In this document: positions 39,556-44,065 of the stretch, piece by piece
How positions within the stretch are numbered: the first letter of the stretch is position 1
Layout of the letters: every line of letters begins with the position of its first letter
Assembly (NCBI GenBank): GCA_937925455.1
Contig: CALEWF010000056.1
Coordinates: forward strand, 1 to 44,065
Length of the DNA: 44,065 nt
Direction of reading: 5' to 3'
Source: an uncultured Flavobacteriales bacterium
GTDB lineage: Bacteria; Bacteroidota; Bacteroidia; CAIKAF01
Notes under the pieces: generated by a model
What the model was told of the DNA's origin: nothing
The model's input: the letters and a program-made list of their open reading frames with translations, nothing else
Databases searched by the model: none
Made by a program: the position numbers and the translations under genes

Positions 39556-39625
39556 TTTTAAAGTATTTTTACTCCTTGTGTTTGTGCTAAGTTCGTAAAA
39601 ATAAGCCCATGTAGATTATTATTTC

Positions 39626-40612
39626 ATGCAAAAAAAACAACAAATATATCGCCGCCTGCTGTCTATTACATTAAAAGTATTGATTTTGCTTACAGGGTTC
39701 TTTTATATTTTTTCGCAGTGGAACAGGCAAAACGGCCAAGAATTACTCAATTTGTGGTGGCAGGTAACTCATGGCAGTTACCTGTTTTTTATTATCATCT
39801 TCATGTTTTTTAACTGGGGAATGGAAGCCGCAAAGTGGCAATTGCTGGTGATGCCAATACAGCGGCAATCATTTTGGAAAGCATTATACACTGTACTAAG
39901 TGGAATAAGCATAGCTATCATTACACCAGCCCGTTTGGGCGAATTTGCTGGTAGAATTGTGCATCTTTCATCTGAACTTCGATTTCAGGGTTTTGTATCT
40001 TCAGTAACGGGAAGTATTAGTCAGTTAAGTATTACCTTGCTTGCTGGAATATCTGCATTCCCTTTTCTTGTGTATCGCTATACGGATTTTATCAATCAGT
40101 ATCCTGCTTTTATTTTCTATCTTCTTTGTTTTATCTGCCTATTATCCTGCTTGCTTATTTTATTATTTTATTTCGGATTGCCGATCATCGAAAAACGATT
40201 ACTGAAATATAAGTTATTTAAGAAAGTTTTGTACAACCTGGATGTAATGAAGCATTTTACTGCTAAAACATTATTTATCGTTCTGTTATACAGCATGATT
40301 CGGTATATTATTTTTACAGCTCAGTATTTTATATTGTTTAAAGCATTGAATTTACCGGTTAAGTTATCAGATTTTTGGATACTGATGAGTACCGTGTTTT
40401 TGGTATCATCCTTTATTCCATCGTTTTCGTTTGGAGAAGTGTTAACCCGCGGATCGGTGTTGGTATGGGTATTTGCGTTAATTCAAATTCCTGCTGAAAA
40501 ATTACTGGTTATTTCCTTTATCCTTTGGTTGGTAAATTTAGCATTCCCGGCATTAGTAGGTTATATTTTTTTGATGAGAGCTCGTGTTTTTCAAAACTCA
40601 ATCAATACCTGA
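39626..40612 (+). CDS. Flippase-like (lysylphosphatidylglycerol-synthase TM region / UPF0104-like) integral membrane protein
   Basis: 328 aa with about 8 TM helices. The stop overlaps the GT2 start by 1 nt. The family call is from overall pattern only. Confidence 0.5.
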   Translation: MQKKQQIYRRLLSITLKVLILLTGFFYIFSQWNRQNGQELLNLWWQVTHGSYLFFIIIFMFFNWGMEAAKWQLLVMPIQRQSFWKALYTVLSGISIAIITPARLGEFAGRIVHLSSELRFQGFVSSVTGSISQLSITLLAGISAFPFLVYRYTDFINQYPAFIFYLLCFICLLSCLLILLFYFGLPIIEKRLLKYKLFKKVLYNLDVMKHFTAKTLFIVLLYSMIRYIIFTAQYFILFKALNLPVKLSDFWILMSTVFLVSSFIPSFSFGEVLTRGSVLVWVFALIQIPAEKLLVISFILWLVNLAFPALVGYIFLMRARVFQNSINT

Positions 40613-41736
40613 TGATACAGCTTACGGTTATTATTATTGCCAGCTATGCCTTGTTTATCTTATTTTTAATAAAAGGGTGGCAAACACAAGTTAAAAATAC
40701 AGTGAAATTTGATGCGATTTCTACCCCCAACTACGAAAAGGTGAGTATCATTATTCCTTGTAGAAATGAAGAGTATTCTATTGAAGGGTTATTAAAGGAA
40801 CTAAAAGTAGTATATCAATATCATCCGTTGCTTGAAATAATTTGTGTAGATGATCATTCAACAGATTCTACTGCGAAAAAAATTAAGAATTTTCAATATG
40901 TAAATTATGTTGCCTTGCCCATTCATAAAGAGGGGAAAAAGGCTGCCATTACTGAAGGGATCCTTCATGCTACCGGTAATATCATTATATTGATAGATGC
41001 AGATTGTATTCCACAAATCCATTGGTTTAATGCTATGATTGTACCATTTACTGATGATAAGATTCGTATGGTGTGTGGATGGGTGAAAATGCAACCCAAG
41101 GCAACTATTTTTGAAGAGCTTGTTGCTTTAGAATTTTCAACGTTGATAGCGTTTAGTGCTGCAATGAATGGATTAAAGTTGCCTGTATTATGCAATGGTG
41201 CTAGCCTTGCTTTTCGAAAGGATTCATTTGAACAAGTAGGTGGTTATAATTCAGATATAACACAATCAGGCGATGATGTGTTTTTATTGCATAAATTCAA
41301 AGCAAAATTTGGTGCTGATGCTATTCATTATATGTTGAATGCTTTGGCTGCTGTGGAAACTCCGGTGCCCCAATCTATGGCTGCTTTTTTGCGTCAACGA
41401 ATTCGTTGGGTCAAAAAATCATTAAAGTATCGAGATAAAACCACCATTTATGTTTCTCTATTTATGATGTTTATTCATCTTTGGCTACTGGTTTGGTTTA
41501 TTGTGTCATTTTTTAATTTTTCTTATTGGTTCATATTTGGTTTATCTTGGATGGGCAAAACCATCATTGATATTCTTTGGATGGGTACTTTTGCTAAGGC
41601 TATCAGTCCGAAAAACTGGAAATGGTTTATTATTCCTCTTAGCGTAGTACATTGGCTATATGTGCCACTTATTGCAATTATTTCGTGGATTATTCCAAGT
41701 TCTACCTGGAAAGGCCGGATATTGAAAAACGGATAA
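40612..41736 (+). CDS. Family 2 glycosyltransferase (membrane-anchored, Q(R/Q)xRW-type)
   Basis: N-terminal TM helix. GT-A motifs (SIIIPCRNEE, VDDHSTDST, ILIDADC). LRQRIRW motif followed by C-terminal TM helices. Start at the ATG at 40612; the upstream part of the track ORF overlaps the preceding gene. Confidence 0.8.
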   Translation: MIQLTVIIIASYALFILFLIKGWQTQVKNTVKFDAISTPNYEKVSIIIPCRNEEYSIEGLLKELKVVYQYHPLLEIICVDDHSTDSTAKKIKNFQYVNYVALPIHKEGKKAAITEGILHATGNIIILIDADCIPQIHWFNAMIVPFTDDKIRMVCGWVKMQPKATIFEELVALEFSTLIAFSAAMNGLKLPVLCNGASLAFRKDSFEQVGGYNSDITQSGDDVFLLHKFKAKFGADAIHYMLNALAAVETPVPQSMAAFLRQRIRWVKKSLKYRDKTTIYVSLFMMFIHLWLLVWFIVSFFNFSYWFIFGLSWMGKTIIDILWMGTFAKAISPKNWKWFIIPLSVVHWLYVPLIAIISWIIPSSTWKGRILKNG

Positions 41737-41739
41737 ACT

Positions 41740-42717
41740 TTGGGACGTATTAAACATATATTGAAATTTATATTACAAGCTGACTTGATCGCCAAGTTTG
41801 CATTGTTCAGCATTCTTTTGTTTAGTATCATCAGTTTGGTAGGTAAATGGGTTGTTCCAGACCAAACGGCAGAAACCGACCGGCAATTTCCTGAGCTGGC
41901 GTTATTACCACCCGGTTCATTGATTCATTATTGGGTAAAGGACGATTCTATAAAAACAGAATCATGGATTCCTTTAGCAGAATGGTCTAAGGATATTGGA
42001 ATAACGTATGGTTCACACGATACATTAAATTTAAAACATGGAAGATTGGTGGCAATTCGTCACTGGCTCGGCACCGATACCTTGGGTCGAGATGTGTTAA
42101 GCCGGTTGGTGGTGGGAACCCGCATTTCTTTTTTTATTGGCATTATGGCCGTTTTAATTTCGGTGGTGGTGGGTACAACGATTGGTGCAGTAGCCGGCTA
42201 TTACCGTGGATGGGTTGATCATTTGCTGAGTTGGTTGATGAATGTGATGTGGAGTATTCCAACCTTGTTGATGGTACTAATCCTCACGTTACTCTTGGGC
42301 AAAGGGTTAACTGCTGTATTCTTTGCCGTAGGATTAACCATGTGGGTTGATGTGGCGCGAATTGTTCGTGGGCAAATGCTTAGCCTTCGTGAAAAAGAAT
42401 TTGCAGAAGCCGGCAGGGCGCTAGGCTTTCGTCATTTACGCATATTGTTCAGGCATTTATTGCCCAACACGTTTACCTCTATTTTGGTAATTGCTGCTTC
42501 TAATTTTGCTTCGGCCATTTTGGTTGAATCGGGATTAAGTTTTTTGGGATATGGTGTTCAGCCGCCCATCCCTTCGTGGGGCAGTATGATTGAACAGCAT
42601 AAAAATTATTTGCTTACCGGATTGCCCTGGCTGGCTTTAGCTCCCGGGCTTTGCATTGTGTGGCTGGTTTTAGCATTTACTTTTCTTGGCAATGCATTAA
42701 AAACCATGCAAAAGTAA
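41740..42717 (+). CDS. ABC transporter permease (DppC/OppC-like)
   Basis: 325 aa with 6 TM helices and the EAA loop (EFAEAGRALGFRHLRILFRHLLPN). Apparent TTG start 3 nt after the GT2 stop. No partner ATPase, SBP or second permease lies in the window. Confidence 0.8.
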   Translation: MGRIKHILKFILQADLIAKFALFSILLFSIISLVGKWVVPDQTAETDRQFPELALLPPGSLIHYWVKDDSIKTESWIPLAEWSKDIGITYGSHDTLNLKHGRLVAIRHWLGTDTLGRDVLSRLVVGTRISFFIGIMAVLISVVVGTTIGAVAGYYRGWVDHLLSWLMNVMWSIPTLLMVLILTLLLGKGLTAVFFAVGLTMWVDVARIVRGQMLSLREKEFAEAGRALGFRHLRILFRHLLPNTFTSILVIAASNFASAILVESGLSFLGYGVQPPIPSWGSMIEQHKNYLLTGLPWLALAPGLCIVWLVLAFTFLGNALKTMQK

Positions 42718-42809
42718 AGTAGTTGGCTGCAAGTGTAAAAAAGGACAAACTGAATATTCAAATCAAATTAAAAGACAGAGAAAATGTAAATTTGTAAAAA
42801 TCAAAAAGT

Positions 42810-43604
42810 ATGTTAGAACTCAATAAAGTTTATCAAGGCGACTCTCTAAAACTTGTTGACCAGTTAGATAACGAAAGTGTTGATTTGATAGTTTGTGACG
42901 GACCTTACGGTGTTACAACAAATCAATGGGATAAAGTCACAGACATTCAAACCTACAACTTAAATCTCATTAAAATTTTTTCAAGAATCTTGAAACCTGG
43001 GGGAGCATTATATCTATTTGGCAAAGATGATTGTATAGATTTTATTGATTATAGACCGTATTTGCAATTGAATAGAAAAATAATTTGGTATCAACCCAGT
43101 CGTTTAGCACAAGGCAGGCTAAACTATACCAACAACTATGATTTAATTGCCTACTTTTCTAAAGGGAAAGCCAAAACTTTTAATCTTGACGATATACGAG
43201 TTCCTCAATTAGTAGAACTAGAACATAGGCTACGGTGTGAAAAAGTGCCATCTGTTACAAATGGGCAATATGGCAAAACGAAATTTAACGAAGATGGGAA
43301 GAATCCTGGCGATGTATGGGGAGATATTAAGCAACTAACCTACAAGTCTAAGGAGTTGATTAGCAGGGAATTATTGAACACTATTCAAAAACCTGAAAAA
43401 CTAATTGAAAGAATTGTAAAAGCCAGCTCTAACGAAGGAGATGTTGTATTAGACCCATTTTCTGGTGTGGGAACTACTTTTGCCGTTTGCAAGCGGTTAA
43501 ACAGAAACTTCATTGGTTTTGAAATCAATCCCGAATATATTGAAATAACAAATGAAAGAGTTCGTAAAATTGAAATAGAACAAGAATACAGTTTATTCCG
43601 ATGA
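42810..43604 (+). CDS. Type II DNA methyltransferase, beta-class N6A/N4C (N6_N4_Mtase family)
   Basis: 264 aa. Motif IV-like DLIVCDGPYG lies N-terminal and motif I VLDPFSGVGTT lies C-terminal (the beta-class order), with a QKPEKLIERIV motif. Its stop overlaps the next ORF's ATG (ATGA). Confidence 0.85.
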   Translation: MLELNKVYQGDSLKLVDQLDNESVDLIVCDGPYGVTTNQWDKVTDIQTYNLNLIKIFSRILKPGGALYLFGKDDCIDFIDYRPYLQLNRKIIWYQPSRLAQGRLNYTNNYDLIAYFSKGKAKTFNLDDIRVPQLVELEHRLRCEKVPSVTNGQYGKTKFNEDGKNPGDVWGDIKQLTYKSKELISRELLNTIQKPEKLIERIVKASSNEGDVVLDPFSGVGTTFAVCKRLNRNFIGFEINPEYIEITNERVRKIEIEQEYSLFR

Positions 43605-44065
43605 AAAAAGAAATTATCCGAAGAATAATCAAGTTGGTCATTCAGGCACAAGAACTTGCTTTAAAAATTGGAATTCCCAATATACTTCAACCTGGTCTTG
43701 TTAAAGAAATGATTATTGCAGAAACATTAGGACACGAACTTATACACTCTAAAAGAGATGCAGATGCCTGCGACCCTAATGACTCCTCTATTAAAATATG
43801 AATATCTATTCTGTTATGAAGGTGGTTCTGGTCAACTTGACAGAATGTTTAAAGAACCGAAAGAAAAAAGAGAAGAATCTTTGTACAGAATTTGGAGAAA
43901 CAAAAAGATTTACTTCGCTATCTTCTTTAAAAATAATCCATTAAAAATTAAGGTAATCTATGAGATAGAGCCAAAAATTCTTGTAGCTGAAACAGAAAGA
44001 CAACTTGACAGAAGTAGCAATGCTATTTCACACGTTGGATTTACAGAGAAGTGGGCTGAGAGCAA
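43601..44065 (+). pseudogene. Type II restriction endonuclease gene (PvuII-like by eye), apparently frameshifted at an A4 run and truncated by the window end
   Basis: Frame 1 (43601-43801) reads ...QELALKIGIPNILQPGLVKEMIIAETLG...RDADACDPNDSSIKI*. Frame 2 from 43794 continues KYEYLFCYEGG...KKIYFAIFFKNNPLKIKVIYEIEPKIL... to the window end. Removing one A from 43793-43796 joins the two frames. I recall a resemblance to R.PvuII (QDLALKHGINDIFQ..., WIFAIY, IEAIYRLEPKDL). Confidence 0.5.

Noticed and set aside
40525-40611. N-terminal extension of the GT2 ORF in the track (MVGKFSIPGISRLYFF...).
   Set aside because: It overlaps the 3' end of the preceding membrane-protein gene in another frame. The ATG at 40612 gives a typical TM-anchored GT2 N-terminus and a 1-nt stop/start overlap.

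Overview
This is a chromosomal segment that looks like Bacteroidota. Support: a T9SS/gliding-type C-terminal sorting domain, TAnnTTTG-type -7 promoter boxes, a Bacteroidota-style AddAB pair, and an AT-rich background.

Most of the window is ordinary housekeeping or envelope content:
- a tetR-tolC-MFP-RND efflux operon
- an ATP-dependent DNA ligase with its associated MBL exonuclease
- an ABC-F ATPase, an ABC1/UbiB kinase, comF and ftsX
- a geranylgeranyl-reductase-like flavoprotein, gmk, yicC and kbl
- AddA/AddB-like helicase-nucleases
- the prs-rplY-pth cluster
- tRNA-Leu(CAA) and tRNA-Arg(CCT)
- a large T9SS adhesin-like protein followed by a TPR/OmpA/CHASE2 operon
- ruvC
- a flippase-like / GT2 / orphan ABC-permease trio
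- at the right edge, a type II restriction-modification pair whose nuclease gene appears frameshifted and runs off the window.

The signal the gene track does not explain is a family of five nearly identical GC-rich intergenic elements (146-nt core, up to about 205 nt). They lie at 31-176(-), 7056-7240(+), 15119-15319(+), 28517-28718(+) and 38328-38529(-).
- Each core is a long imperfect palindrome (hairpin).
- One arm position covaries with its partner across copies: C-G, C-G, T-A, A-T.
- An optional second hairpin module follows the core.
- Every copy sits 47-88 nt beyond a stop codon.

I cannot assign this element to a known ncRNA or IS family from memory. It is the best candidate for something undescribed: a REP/ERIC/MITE-like mobile hairpin or a structured RNA family.

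All coordinates and structures were worked out by eye. No searches or folding computations were run.
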